64,000 bases of DNA from NCBI GenBank assembly GCA_905178155.1, contig CAJINV010000017.1, forward strand, positions 860,722 through 924,721, in the 5' to 3' direction. The position numbers were made by a program, and so were the translations under genes. Origin of the DNA: Amoebophrya sp. A120 (taxonomy: Eukaryota > Protista > Dinoflagellata). The notes under the pieces are model-generated. The model made no database searches. It had not been told where the DNA came from and worked only from the letters and a program-made list of their open reading frames with translations. Position 1 is the first letter of the stretch; the number at the start of each line of letters is the position of its first letter. Positions 23,770 to 37,403 of the stretch are shown here, in pieces.

Positions 23770-25775
23770 TAGCGATCACGCAGCTTCAAGAGCTGTCAAC
23801 ATGCCGTAGGTGTCGGTTCTTCCCGCTTGCCCCTGCTACTTACATAGCTGCAGCGCTGGTCGGAGGACGCTATTATTGTCAGTTTAAGTAAAATATTTGT
23901 CTACTGATTCCTTCGATTTCGCCTTTGTTCATGTTCAATTCATGTCGCCGTGGAAAGTGCGAATTTTTACGCAAGCGACTTTCCTAAATGATCGCGCTTT
24001 GCCATAACTATACAACAAGAGAAACCCCCGGGTTGTAATATCGAGATCGACGTTATGGTCGCTGCCTCACGCAGCTAGCCTGAGGTACCAATGGCCTTCA
24101 TTTCATTTATTTCCAGCAAGAGGTGCTGGATCATAATTCTTTTTGTGGAAACAAGAGTACTATTTTGTACCGCGAAAGGGAATGAAACAGAAGATGAAGT
24201 GGGGTCAGTTCTTCTAATTTCCGTGTCGGTTCTTGACACTTACCTACTTACTTATTTTTCCCGATTCGGAGGTTGTGATCCTGATACTGATTTACAAGTA
24301 GGCGAATGGTACAATTCAGAAGCATCGTTCGTTTCTCTCTGTGTCAAATTCATATATCAAGATCTGCCCTCGAGGATCGATCGCGTCGATGCGCCGACTA
24401 TGAAGTACCAGGACCGGGGCTGTGGTATGAAATTTTAAGAATTTTTTCATCCGGACGCTGGAGACCGACGCCGGAAACACCTTGAATCTCGGCTTTTACC
24501 TCGTCGTAGACTACATGTCCTCGTCGGAGTCAAAGAGCACGTTGCTCCTACCGGCATTTGTGTTTTTACTGACCATGGCAGAAACACTACTTCACATTCA
24601 CTTCTACAACCTGAACCCCGAGGCCGCGATGAGTATGATGAAACTTCAAATTCGCTCGAGCAACCTCGTTGCTTCCTAGCACGTCAAACAACAACTTTTA
24701 TTTACTCCAGCCCGTTGTTGTTCTTTTTGCCGTTGCCCTGCTCTCCTGTAACCAAAGTGTAACCGATAGGATAACCACCCGCCCGTCCACCCATCTCAAA
24801 ATGATATTGATGACGAAGCCATCAAATACTTATAGCTATAGTACAACCTCCTCCTTGTCCTTCCTCGATGTTGTGCCTGCTGTTTCATTTGATGCACCTC
24901 CTTTCAAAAGAACGCCACCTCCACCGAGCTGAGTAAGGATGCGACCAGTAGAGGAAGTCGTGAAAGGAGTAAGTAGTGCTAGGGTCAAACGAATGAATGT
25001 AAACAGCGAGCATGGAAGCATCCCCGAGGGCGAGGACCGACCAGCCAAGAACTCGTTTTATGTTTGATTTACCCCACCAGCACCACAACCGCGCAACGAG
25101 AAGCTCCTACAGCCGCAAACCACAACTCCACAGTTCCGGCTATTTGAAGATGATTAAAACATCAGCCTCTACATTACGTTACCCAAAACTAAAGCTAAAC
25201 CCTCGCAATCGCATCAACCGAAATTTTACTTACACCTGCGCATCCCCTGCACTACCATGAAGACGACAACAAGCACAGATAGAAAAGAAAAACTTCCTCG
25301 CAACGTTACGGAACCACGATAGTGAGTTTCTTTGCTCTCCTAAGGGAACCAGCGTGTTGATGATGGTTGGCTGTACTATTACAGATCGCATTTCTCTATC
25401 ATGCTATCATGCAGCGCAGGTGTCGTGGCGACTCCTGCACGGCGTCAACTGCTCAGCTGGTTGTGAAAGATCGTGAACGTCGTTGAAAAGCACGGAAGAT
25501 CATCCTCGTGGTTTTTTGTACATTTTTACAGTGGAAAAAATTATAACCGCTGAGTTTGATCTGAATAGGTATTGTTGGTTCCAATGTTTCAAGATTTCTG
25601 TCGCTGGTTCAGTGTGCTCTCCATCCCGCGGTAAATCATTGGATCTGAACCTCAAGCTTCGTGTTTCTATTTTTTAAGAAACAAGAAAAAGATACACATC
25701 GATAAGTCTGCGGGTGCTGGACGCATGGGCAGCAGAACTACAAGTATGCCTTGCTGAACCACGACAATTCCAAGA

Positions 25776-28700
25776 ATGGAACGCACCGTGAAAAATGATT
25801 TCACGGGTGGCGGATCAAGATCATCACTACTTTGGATTTTCTTTTTTTCATCATTATCCGCTATCCTCCGCGATGAAGAGCAGGTTCTTGTCCATCCAGC
25901 CGTCGCCACCCGAGCCCCGCCACTCTTACCGGATGTGCTGACCCCCGACACACCCGTGCGGGTGGAGCTAAGCCCGGGCGACAGTGCGCAGTTGCACTTC
26001 AGGTGTCTGGGCGCACCCGCCGACGCGGAAATCTCGCTGGAAACCTTCGAAGAGAACGCCGACCCGGTACTGGTGCTGGTCGACCCCAATGCGCCCGCGG
26101 AACGCCTCTCCCAGGGGCTCGCTACCTCGTTTCAGGACTGGCTCGACGACAGCTCGCACGCGCACCGCGTGCGCGCCAAAAATGTGCCGTCTGCGGGGGC
26201 AAGGGTGCTGCTCGCGAATGTGAACCAGATGGCTGCAGTATCCACTCTCGGAGCAAAGGCTAAATACGTCTTCACCCGCGCACGACCATATTGATGATTC
26301 CTTTCATGCCAGCGAAGTACCCGATTTATCACGTCACGAGGTAAGAATATAAACTTGTGTGAAGTTTTTGTGATGTGGCAGCTTTATTATTGGATGTACT
26401 TCATGAAGATAAACATAAAGCCAGCCGGTGGCGGTACACTCTCAATCGCATCATCTCGTCACGGCGCTGAGGACGATGAAGGGATGAAGATAGCAGTACA
26501 ATGACAACTCGACGCCTCGTGCGTGTGGTCGTGGAGACGTGCTTTTTCCCCGGAACATGCCGAAGTGCTGGACGCGGAAGTTCGCATTCGTTGCTCCTAC
26601 CTATGCGTTGCAAAAGTATCGCACTAACGTGCTGGATAAAACTTGCATAATTTTAATTACGTAGAATTACGAATCTCAATCTTTTTTGACGAGACCAAAA
26701 CAAAATTTTTTCAACGTGCTGCGGATTCCGAAAAAATTACGCCATTTCTCTCATATGTGCATGCTTGCAATCTTCAGTACTGCGACTGCGATCATCTTTT
26801 ACACGTGAAGCTACCTCCTCGCGTACGACTTTCTGTTCTGGAATCACCTGCAATCCGACAAACTCTGCCCCGCCGGAAGAAGTACAACACGGTCTGGAGC
26901 TGCGAGTAGAACAAGCTTCTCGAGAGCATCTGCTGGAGAAGGCGGCGTTGCTAGTACTGCAGCCGCAGGGTGGAAAACAGATGCTGATTATGGCGTCGTC
27001 CTCAGTGCAGCGGAAGGATCTCCCGCCGTTGGATCCCCCCCGACCAGTTCCTTTTGTTCGAACCAGGGCACCTGCGAGGAAGATGGCATCTGCCGCTGCG
27101 ACGCTGCGCACACGGGCCTGGCGTGCGAACACGAGAAGCACGACTTGCTTCTCGCGAAGGGGGTGTACCCGATCGACAACCTGTGGTCGGGGCAGTACCG
27201 CTACTTTCGCATCCGCCTGCCGGAACGGTACCGCGGGGGCTATCTCGACGTCCACGTGAAGTCCACCTACCCAATCGCGGTTCTGTACAGCACGGAGAAA
27301 TTTCCCACCAAGGCGGAATTTCAGGACAGCAACTTCGCGGAGTGGCTAATGCGCAAAAACGTGCAACATCTCCGATTCGCCATCCCGCCCAGCTTCGACG
27401 CGAGTGAGGAAACGAACAACGGGCCTTTCACACATGACATCAAGGATTTTGATCATCATGATACCGCTCCTGACGGTGACGAGCGGCCTTCTGTCGATAG
27501 CTCGGTCATGATGCAGTGCCCTTCGGAACTGGATTTCGTGGACGAGAAGACGGGCGGTCGGGAGATGTGTCCGGGTATTAGAATGAAGACCAGATTTTCA
27601 ACCGCTATCAAACACTCCGTTTTACTCCTGCATGTTTTTTTTTGCTTGTGATGCATGACATTTTTCATCCGTAATATTCGTCCGAGAAGAGAAGAGATTC
27701 GTTTCAGGACTCAGGCCGAAAAGAAAATTTCGGATGCTCTTGAAATGGAGTAAATTCGACAAGCGCCGTGGCACTACCGCCGCAAACAGAAGAAGAAGGA
27801 TGAGTCAGCCTCCCTCATGCTCCGACTTACATTTTTTGTAAAGCCCCCCTGGATCATCTTGATCCTCATGAGCGAAAGCGGTTCCTTTTATTTCTGTTCT
27901 TCTTCCATACCGCATCCGTTCGGAAAAGTCAAGTACTGCGAGGACGAATGCATGAAGTGCGTGCAGTGCAACGCCGAGGTACCCAGCAGCGCAGCGGGAC
28001 TAGGTGGACAGGAACCTGCCCTGCCGGGTTCGACACGGTCGAGCGCGCCAGACCTGGGCAGTGAAAGCAGCGCAGAGGATGAGGCCTTGGACCAGCACGC
28101 GCCGTACGACCGGACGGCAGGGGACACCGCACTGCGAGGCAGGCAAAGGCGAGCGGTCCTCAGGGACCTCCTCATTCGCCGTCGCAGTGGTCGGGGCTTG
28201 CGGGGAGAAGGAGGAGGACAGCGACAAGATGAATTCAATGCACCGTTCTCCTCATCCGCCGCCCCCACTTGCGGCTCCCCAGCCAACAACAAGGCCTGTG
28301 CCATGTGCATCGAGTGCGTGCCAGTGCTGCAGAAGTGCGGGAAGAACCTCAGCTGCCGAGACGACACGATCTCGCGTTCCTGCTCCCAGAATTGCGCCAC
28401 GTGCAGCACGGAGTGCGCGGTGGCGAACGAGCGAGAATGCGAGCAGTGCGGCTGCTGCAAGAAGTGCCTGCCCTGGGGCATGGTGTGCGCCGGCACGCCG
28501 CTGGAAAGCGCCACGGTGGCGGTGCCGGAGGAATATGCGTACTTGGCTGTGTACAATCACAGATTGTACTACAGTGACCTGGGACCGAGCGCGCGACTCG
28601 AAATCGGGATCGAGGTGGTGGAAGACGTGGACTGGCTGCGCATGTTCAACGACAAGTCGACCGCGTCTTCTCGTAGTCGCACGGTCGTGTCGAGTGTCAT

Positions 28701-31618
28701 GAAGGAGGACCTCCTAAGCGGTGATCAACAAGGCGCCAATAACGGCCGCACCGACGGCGCAGAATGGCTCTCGAGACTGTACAACCCGTTCGAGTCTATC
28801 TCGCAGCTGGAACATGTACACCAGCAGTACGCGGGTGATTTCGTGTATGACATCACAATCGGCACTGACGGGGGCGGCGGTGGAGAGAACATGGCAAGAA
28901 CTACGGAACAGGGAGGAAATTCTGTCGAAAACGATGAAGCCGCATCTTCCCTGTCCTCGCAGGAGTCTCGCTCTTCCTCCGCATCATCTGCTGTGATTCC
29001 CGCGGTGGAAACTCAAGCTGGAGCATCTTGGTATCAAACAACGAATAGCAGAACCGGCGGCACGGACGTGAACGTGTACCGGGATCGCGTCACCCTGATC
29101 CGCCTCCACAACCGAGACGAGCGCTCCGGGGTGAAAGTCAGCTTTCTGGACAGCGACCCGGGCAAGGAGCTCATCCTGCTCTTCTCGAACCAGGCGGCGC
29201 CCAAAACGTTGTTTGACTTCACGTTTGCGGCCGGAGCGGACTCGGCGTTCCCGGAGTCCGCCTTTGGTGGGTCGGACGCCGCCAGCTACAATCCCGACGA
29301 GGCGTCTTTCTTCACCCCGCCGGATTCCGCAGAGGATTTTGCGCAGAAACCGTTGCTGCAAAAGCAGCCCTTTGTCCTGCCCGCCGGGGGGCGGAAACAG
29401 GTTTGGTGTGCGATTTTTTCGCGGAGGAACGGGGCGATCCGGATGTTCTTTGAGGGCACGGAGTACGTGGACCCGGGAAAAGAGTCGACGGTTGCGAGTG
29501 TCATCTCGCTGCTTCTCAGCATCACCTTCTGCGTCGGGTTTTTCCACTTACTGCGGCAAACCAACTCCGTGCGCTCGTTTCTGGGCGAGGTCAGACTACG
29601 GGAAAGTACAATGATACAACAAGGAGCAGGCGGCCCGCTGCACTTCCCAGAATCTGTATCTGGCCAGCAGCTGCTCGGAGGCAGCAGCAGCAGCAGCAAT
29701 TCTCGTAGTTTCGCTACTACTACAAACACCCCCGGTGAGCAGGGCGGAACTTCGACCAACATGTTTTTGGATTTGTTTTCGGAACAACGCGGTCGGTCGT
29801 CCACTTTTCTATCTGGCATCCTTGCCAGCGGCGCGGCCGGCAGCTCTCCTGGCGCTGGGGCGGATGAGCAGCCTCTAGTGGCGGAGGCACGACAACCAGT
29901 GCGAAACGGAAAGAGATCGGAAGCGACCCGACGAGAACGGAATATCAAGAGCAGTGGCTCGTCGTCGTCCGCGTCAAGCACAATGTGTGAGGACGAGGCA
30001 GCGACGTCGAATTTTTCGTCGCATCGAAATGACCGATTTGAAGCAGGGCAGGACCAAGGGACGATGAACTCCTCAGAAGACGAGAACTTCACGCATGAGT
30101 TTGCGGATCCGCTGGAGGGCGCCTCGCCGTCCGACGCGGGACCTTTGTTTCAAACCCGAACCAACGCGAATTCAAACGTGTTTCCCCGGATCGTCTCCTT
30201 CACTACCGATCCCATCGCGGCGACTCGGGCGCTGCTTCTTGCCGGCCCGGACGCCGGGTTCGTATCCAGGAAAAAAACTGTGTCGGTGTAGAGCTGGCAG
30301 CACGAGATGAATTTTGATCTGTAAGTATGACAGAGGCCTTGTCATGCATGGCTAGTATGTTGTGGAAGCTCATAACGAAAAGATAAGATTAAGATGACTT
30401 CTTGGCTATCCGCCATGACGAGTGTAACCGTTTTGCTTTTTATTTTGCGGCACAATCATGTAGATCTAGATTTACACTAAAGAAGTAACACGGCATTTTC
30501 CTTACGATACTTTGGGAGCTATGAATATTATGCGGCGGAACAGCAACAGATGGAACAGGAGATGCAACAGCATATGAGACGAGTGCACAACTCCCGCTCG
30601 CCCACGTTTCTTATTTGTCATGCAAAAAGAAAAACCCAAATGCTCTTCCTGCCTTGTGGCCGCACTGCGTGCATGTCGAATTCCGGAAGCCCAAACAGGA
30701 GTACCACGCTCGGCGCATGGCCTTCTCATGCTTTGGATCCACGTGCAGTGGTTTTGGTAGGTATTGCTGTTCCTGTCCTACAAATGACAATGAGGGGGAG
30801 CAGGGGGCGTCGTCTTGCACTCTCATACAGCAAGCGAGCGCAACACAGACGTTGATCCAGCAGATGACAAACTTGTGGAATCGTGGATCTACAAGTTTGC
30901 TGGGAGATGCTGGTGGAATAGAGACGGAGTCAGGATTTTCCGGTTCGGGCCAACGTCTGCGGATGATATGCACCGCAAAAGCAGTGTACTCTACTCGTGG
31001 TCGTACTTCTAATCGCAATCACGCATGACAAATCTGCTTATGGTTTCCTACTTGAATCCGTATCACAAATTGTATATTGAAATTCATTTTTTTTCGAGAA
31101 AGTTTGTCGTGCGATTTATACTTTTCAACAAACTAGAAATGCGATGCTGCTTTTGCGATGCATAGATGTGGTCTACTCCCGCAGAAGATTTCTTTCCTGA
31201 CCAGGAGCGGGAGGACGAAGAAGACTACGCATCAAATGACACTGGAGAAAAAGATATGAAGACTAACGATCCTGATGAACTTCTCGAAGGCCGCACGGGT
31301 GCTGAGGACGAGGAGGTTGGAGCAGAGAAGACGAGGATGAGAGAAGCAGTGTCATCTTCAACCTCAGGAAACAATGAGATTAACCTTGCTGAACAAAAAA
31401 CCGGAGATCCTGTTCCTGGCATCAATAATTCTAGCGGTTCTTCCTGCGCCAGCTCGGGTTCGGAGGACCACGTACTCATTGCCACGCCTGCAGTTACTGT
31501 CCAGAATTTGAGTTCCTCCTCCTGCGAATCGCTGATCGACGAACACCAGAGCGCGGAGGATGAAAAACAGACAGCAATTCGCAGAGCCGCCACCGATGAA
31601 ATAATTGGCGGTATCTGA
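25776..31618 (+). CDS. Secreted/type-I membrane protein with EGF-like and Cys-rich domains
   Basis: Hydrophobic N-terminal segment; EGF-like CSNQGTCEEDGICRCDAAHTGLACE (27055-27129); Cys-rich CxxC clusters; TM segment VASVISLLLSITFCVGFFHLL; long disordered tail. All six introns found are introners (26239, 26602, 27576, 30263, 30573, 30967). Confidence 0.75.
26239..26557. mobile_element. Degenerate introner
   Basis: Starts tatcc; DR tgcag/tgccg; join gives QMAA|EVLDAEVRIRC in frame. Confidence 0.65.
26602..26810. mobile_element. Introner with altered 3' end
   Basis: tatgcgttgcaaaagtatcgca / tgcgatcatcttttacacg; perfect DR ctacc; join CSY|LLAYDFLFWNHL removes an in-frame TGA. Confidence 0.8.
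27576..27909. mobile_element. TIR introner
   Basis: tattagaatgaagaccaga / tctgttcttcttccata; DR ccggg/ccgca; joins ORF 27145 to ORF 27817. Confidence 0.75.
30263..30509. mobile_element. TIR introner
   Basis: tatccaggaaaaaaactgtg / cacggcattttccttacgata; DR gttcg/ctttg; in frame. Confidence 0.75.
30573..30827. mobile_element. TIR introner, family B
   Basis: tatgagacgagtgca / tgcactctcata; perfect DR cagca; in frame. Confidence 0.85.
30967..31164. mobile_element. TIR introner
   Basis: TIR matches 17/18: tatgcaccgcaaaagcag / ctgcttttgcgatgcata; DR gatga/gatgt; joins to ORF 31166. Confidence 0.9.
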
Positions 31619-32406
31619 CGATAAAGGCGAAGTGGGTTCTGTATACGAGCAGAAGGATCAAACACCACCATGAAATCAACCTGGAACAAGAAGAACAAAA
31701 ATAGATGCGCGGGTCGTGAATCAGAGTCAGAGAGCTAGAGATAGTTGCTTATATCTTGCTTCACAACTGCGACTGCTTCACGATTTTTGTTTGTCGCAGT
31801 CGCGATTGCCCCCGTCGCGAGCGCCCACGACCAGACGTGTCGTCTGTTGTACTACTTGTAGATCTAGATCTAGGTGTTGTAAGTAGACGTAGATCCATAT
31901 GATCATGAAAGAGTTGTTTCGTGAACTAACGACGTGGTAAACCAAGTCGTCCAAGAAATTGTTTGTTTTACTCTCGGTGACGGTGTTACGTCTACGTGCT
32001 TATCGTCATCCTCTTCGTCAATAGAGTTCTGTCGGTAAAAGAGATAACATTACTTTCGCCATTTTGTATACACGAACTACGGCAGGAGAAAGTGCGCAGT
32101 GTATCGGTCTTTTCGTTCTGCTTCTGGTCGTTCGGAAAAATCGTGAAGAGCAAGCGAGTTCTTATTGAAGTATCCGTCTCCGAGTTGGAGCCGGAGTCCG
32201 TCGGTGATAGGAATACGTCGTCAGGATAGACATCGTCCACCAGAAGCTTCAACACGCTTGTGCTGCAAAGACGAGGCAGTTTCGCAGGCGACGCAAACAT
32301 AAACACTTCAGCACTTTTGTCGGTCCGTGGTAGAGCAAGTGCCGCTCCTCGTCGTCGAGTTTCGTACATAATTAGAGCGGGGTAACAAACCTCCCACCAG
32401 AAGTTG

Positions 32407-32454
32407 CAGGCCAACTTCCCATCCACCCGGCCGGGTGGATGGGAAGTTGGCCTG
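32407..32454. repeat. Perfect 48-bp spacerless palindrome
   Basis: caggccaacttcccatccacccgg|ccgggtggatgggaagttggcctg, followed by a 9-nt duplication of its end (gttggcctg). Confidence 0.95.
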
Positions 32455-33464
32455 GTTGGCCTGTCCGCGTCGCCCGCCCACCCCCGAAGTTGAAGACGAC
32501 TTAAGTGAGTAAACAACAATATAGTGATGCGAGTTCTCTTTTCTAACTCGCATCACTATATTATTGTTACTCACTTAATTCGTCTTCAACTTCGTGATGA
32601 TTAGTTAATGCAGTTATTAAACATGGTGCCTCTGTATGTACCTGTTACTGTTTCTCCCCTTTGTGCTTGAACGCTTCCAGATCCCTGTCCCAAATAAAGC
32701 TGCGACTGCCCCCCATTAGTTTGCAACTTTTACATCGGAAGTCGGCCTCTAAAGTTAGTAGAAGATGAAGAACGAGAACTACAACTACTGCAACGACTTC
32801 AACCGCAACTGCTTCCAACTCTACGCATAAAAACTAAGTACACTGCAGCAACTCTTGAGGAAGTGAAAGAGATAGAGCAGCGCTGTCTTTGTGTTTTGAG
32901 CATCACACTACACTCAACACGGCGTATTGCCGACACTGACTTTTTTCCGGAGAGCAGCCGGGTGCGTTTTTGCTTTACGTAACAAGATGATGAAACCGAA
33001 GGCGCAGTAAATAGGGTGAAGGAGCAGAAGGAGAAGCAAACGCAATCAGCTACACTCCAGGAACCAGCACCACCCCCAGAGCCGCTATTCTTAGCATTGC
33101 TGCGTACCAGCCTCGGTCGGTGGGACCTTCTCGTATCGGCAAGATCATCCGCGTGATAGTTGAACACTTCGATAGTTTCAGGAGTACGCCGGACGAAAGG
33201 CAAAAACAATCCATCGCTCAGTCAAGAAGCAAATTGCACTTGGCTTGCGCCTAAGAATAAGAAACATAATAAAAAAGGATAAGGTCCTCGTAGTGGAGCG
33301 ACATCACACCAGCACACGATCTCGATCACGTTGCCGACGAGTGAAATAAGATCACGACGCAGAGTGCCGACTTAGATCATCCTGCGGCACCAGGACTAGG
33401 AGTCCTACCAACAATATCTGAGGACGAGGAAGTACTACCTCAAGCAGATCCAAATTGGAACTAT

Positions 33465-35135
33465 GTGTTTGTGTCTTTCGGGATGAGCCACCAGGACGGG
33501 AATTCCGCGAATGCAGTAAAGACCCTGGCGCACCGCTCATCTAACCTGGGATATTTTGTTACGCCCAATGACAAACCAGACGGAGAAGTACTGTTTATTC
33601 CGCTAGAGAAATTGCGGAAGCAGTCACTTCTCTCTGTTGTGCGCAACGGCGCAAAAGAATTCGCAACGCTTCCTACCACCAATAACGCGGACTTCGTCCA
33701 AAATTTCGCGGCAGCAAAGATTACAAACGCAATTCTCAAAGGAGTTCATGCAACTGGCAACATTCACGCTTCGGAGTTCACAATCCTTTCTGCTGACCTT
33801 CTCCCCGTTCTACTCCCCGCTCATGGGCCGAGAATGGAGCCCCCCTGGAAGAACGTCATCGATGCCGTGGAGCGAAGCCTGTTCGCTCTTTTGCCGGAGC
33901 TCGTGCCTACGGTGGGCTACATGGACGAGTTTCAAGAAGCGGGTGTGCATGCTGCCAGAGTCCTGAAACAGTTGCTGTGCGACATGAAGTGGCTTCGAGG
34001 CCGTCACTGGGACAACGAATTGGCGATCCGGAATGCGGGGGACTTACGCATACAACAAGAAGAACAGAACGCGCCGGGAACGCCGTCGTGTGATTTTCCT
34101 CACGAGGGAGAAGAGGTCTTTGAGGCTTACTTCCAAAGGATCTTTAGTATGCGTACGAAGATCAATTTTGCAGCAGATGGAGAAGTCGTAGGTCGTAAGG
34201 CGAAGAAGAGCCCACTAGTAAATACTCGTCTCCCCGTCGGACTCACCACGAGCACGAACTGGCGCGACGTGCCAATAGGCAAGGAGGCGGCTGACATGCT
34301 TGTGAACTTATTCCGGCAGGTTATTGCGTATGTTCTAGGCGGCGACAGCTATCGCCTCAATCCCGGACTCCATGCGAAGGATTCTGGAACGACCTTTGTG
34401 TCGGGAGACGATGGCAAACCAAGCAATGGGCGTCCGCCTGGTGGAGATGAAGAAGCAAAGAAGTATCTAGATCTGGGCAAAGTCAAAGCGCTGCCCCAAC
34501 CACCGATCAATGAGCCGGCGGGCCGGCAGCTCGTCCGACACGAAGGGGGCAGCGGGAAGTATTACCGCCTGTGGACCAACTTTCGTGTCGCAGACAGCTC
34601 GGAGGCAGCAGGCGGGGCTGAAAGGGGCTTATTGGTCGCAGACACGGGAAGAGGAAAAGTTGCTAAGGCTGTTGGTGGCTCTCGTAATCCTTTTAGCAAT
34701 CACAAGGCTTCGGTTTGGAATGGCCTGCACAATCCCAAAACATCGAACCAGGGCGGCACGATGGATTTCGTCAATTATTGGCTTGGTGTTCTATTCGAAG
34801 ACCCCAAGACCCTAGTTGAAACGTATGAGTTTTCCGGGTTCGTGAAGGTTGCTGGACTGTTATGCATGGTCGGCGGTAACCAGACTGCCCACAAAATCAA
34901 AAAACAAAAAACGTGCACGACCACGAATGGCCACGCCACGCGGTTGCTTGCTGCGGGTGTCAGACTCCTGCGCCACTCTCACTTCCGCAAAATCAAAGAG
35001 AGCCAAATCCGGCACCAGATGATAGGGCCTGGCTGTCTCGTCTTTCTACCATTGCGGAGGAGCAATCAATATGTATATCTTGATCGAGGAAGAAATAGAA
35101 AAAAAAAAAGTCCTTCGACGAAGTCGAAGTTGTAG
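33465..35135 (+). CDS. Hypothetical protein (long intronless ORF, possibly element-derived or frameshifted at the 3' end)
   Basis: 556-codon ORF with protein-like composition; A-homopolymer near the stop; no motif recognised. Confidence 0.45.
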   Translation: MFVSFGMSHQDGNSANAVKTLAHRSSNLGYFVTPNDKPDGEVLFIPLEKLRKQSLLSVVRNGAKEFATLPTTNNADFVQNFAAAKITNAILKGVHATGNIHASEFTILSADLLPVLLPAHGPRMEPPWKNVIDAVERSLFALLPELVPTVGYMDEFQEAGVHAARVLKQLLCDMKWLRGRHWDNELAIRNAGDLRIQQEEQNAPGTPSCDFPHEGEEVFEAYFQRIFSMRTKINFAADGEVVGRKAKKSPLVNTRLPVGLTTSTNWRDVPIGKEAADMLVNLFRQVIAYVLGGDSYRLNPGLHAKDSGTTFVSGDDGKPSNGRPPGGDEEAKKYLDLGKVKALPQPPINEPAGRQLVRHEGGSGKYYRLWTNFRVADSSEAAGGAERGLLVADTGRGKVAKAVGGSRNPFSNHKASVWNGLHNPKTSNQGGTMDFVNYWLGVLFEDPKTLVETYEFSGFVKVAGLLCMVGGNQTAHKIKKQKTCTTTNGHATRLLAAGVRLLRHSHFRKIKESQIRHQMIGPGCLVFLPLRRSNQYVYLDRGRNRKKKSPSTKSKL

Positions 35136-37403
35136 CGTTATTCCCCATCTGGGTAGAAGAAGAAAGGAAGCAGGCACGATACCAGGACAGAGACGTGGTG
35201 GCGTTTTTTCTATCCTTCAGCGATTTTGTGGCATCTGAAACAGGACCTTTCCGCTGCATAGTAAAAAAGAACAAGAAAAAGATCCCCGGGGGCAGGCGAG
35301 CAGGCGGAGGAATGGCAAGCAGTAGAGAAGCCAGACCCAGATGCTGATGATACTGGCGCTGCGACAGAGAGTACCAGTTTCGTGGCGTTGGGCGAGATAG
35401 CTGAACGCCACCAAAAAAATTTTCCCGCTGCGCAGGAGCAAGCCGTCGCCGCACCATCTGACGTCGGCGGGCTGAGCTGCAGAGGCGGCCTCTGTGGGAG
35501 AACCACGAATGAAGAAGGTTGGGGCCCGTTTGATGTTGTGGGAGGGCTGCCGCCTCTTCTAGGCCTTTCGTTCTTATCGAAGGGAAACGCCCGGCCAGCT
35601 CGTATTTTTCCTGCTGCCTGCCGACGTTCGTATGTAGTGAAGCAATACTTATGAACTCTTCCGAAAGCGTCATCTTCTGCATTTTGGTGCCTTGATTTCT
35701 TCAAGCTAAAATCAAAAATCGAAAAAGCAAAAATTCATAAGCAGCTTCATTAGTGGTCGCGAAGCCTGCTGTCGTGGCGATTATGATTATGTTAAGCACG
35801 CGCACGCGATGAGAAATAATTTGGGGAGCTGCGTGTCATCTGGGTGCTGCGCTAGCATGAGCACTTCTACGCGGCCTAACTCAGTGAGAGTTTGTGAAAG
35901 CGCAATGCCGCTGAGCAACTGGAGTGGAAAAGGTTCTGTCACTTTTGCTGTGCGCCTTGCCTGGCTGCCCCGCTGCGCGTGCATCGCGCACACGTTGGTA
36001 AGTGCTAGCTATAGCGATTCTTATGTAATGAAGAAGGAAGAAAGCAGTACAGGAGAAGCTGAGCAGGGCGGGGCCGGGGCGTTTTTCGTTGTGATGTTTC
36101 GGTCTCGTTGCCGTCATTTCCGTTTACCGCTGCGCCCTGTATTTGAGGTACACTTACGCATACCTTTTTTCTTTTTTAGGTTCCTAAAAATGATGCTTAA
36201 CAAAAACTCCATGAAGAGTTTCGAGATTTCCCGACCTTTAGGATGAAAGTAGGAGGCATAAGGGGCGGACTTGTGGAACTAGGAACAGGTGCAGAAACAT
36301 CACCGAAAAAAGGAAGAGCAGCATTGCGCTTGCGATGTCGCATCACTACAGTTGTCGACTTCTATGCGCAGCTAAGATGAAGGCAGCTCGGTGATGTAAC
36401 TCACTGCGTGGTGGACCGTGTGAACAACTGTAGCACGCTGCGAGGAGGAGGGAAGAGCATTCTGGAGCCGCAAGGCAAAGGCGTCCAGGCGCATGTACGG
36501 GCCACGAACTGGAACCGCGAAAATCAGTGATGACGAGCTTGGATCACTGCCACTACCGATCTGATGTCGTTGCCGAATTTTCTCGCTGTTTTAGCTTTGT
36601 GCAGATTTGTATTTAAAAAAAAAACCTTTTTTCTTTTTGTTTTTTGGTGTCTTGCTAACTGCTGGAACAGACAAACCGAATGAGGTCAAAGCGTTACAGT
36701 GTCGTAGAAGCTTAGCAAAACCCCAACGCTAAGGCGGCGGCCAAATCGTGCTCTCGAGCTCAGCTGCCGAATCTGACAAACACAAAGGAAAGAGGCTAAG
36801 GCTTTCAGGATGCTCGTCACCAGCATGTGGACTGCCACGAGCCTGGATCGCCGCCATTATTAGTTGGCACAGGGCCAGTGTAAGTGTTTGGGTTTTGGGG
36901 TCTTGAGGACTCTGATCGCGCTAGGTTGCTAAGGCCGTCAGGATTCCATTAGGGAGGAAGCAGGTACCGAAGCACCCCGTCGGCGTCGCCTGTCACACGG
37001 CGCGACCTCGTCTACTAGGGTGTGGTCTTTAGTTTCCGTCCAGCAGGCTGATCATGGGCGCATTATTTGCCCACTCATGGTGCGGCCGGAACCGGATACG
37101 TTGCGTGCGGGCGCCAGCATTTGGACACGATCTAAGCAAGACGAAGCGTTATACGACACGAAAAGGCAACATGTCTTGAGACCACAGACGGGCGCTGGGC
37201 GGCGGCTGGGGGCATTTTTGTTGGTAGGTTGCATCGCCGGGACGCCCCTTGTTAACTCAAGTGCGCGCGCTCCCCGGTGCGTCACCATTCAAAAACTGCC
37301 GCGAAAAAGGCAGGACAATAGGGTCTGCGCTACTTCCTTCAATGCAACATAGACACACTACTTATACTTTTGAAAACCCCGCCCCCGCGTATGTGGGTGT
37401 ACC

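Noticed and set aside
26806-26808. In-frame TGA suggesting selenocysteine or stop-codon reassignment
   Set aside because: It is removed with the introner 26602-26810. Reconstructed genes have no internal stops and end in TAA, TAG or TGA, so the standard code fits.
30600-30680. RING-finger-like peptide (ICHAKRK…LFLPCGRTAC)
   Set aside because: It lies inside the introner 30573-30827 (perfect DR cagca) and lacks a full ligand set.
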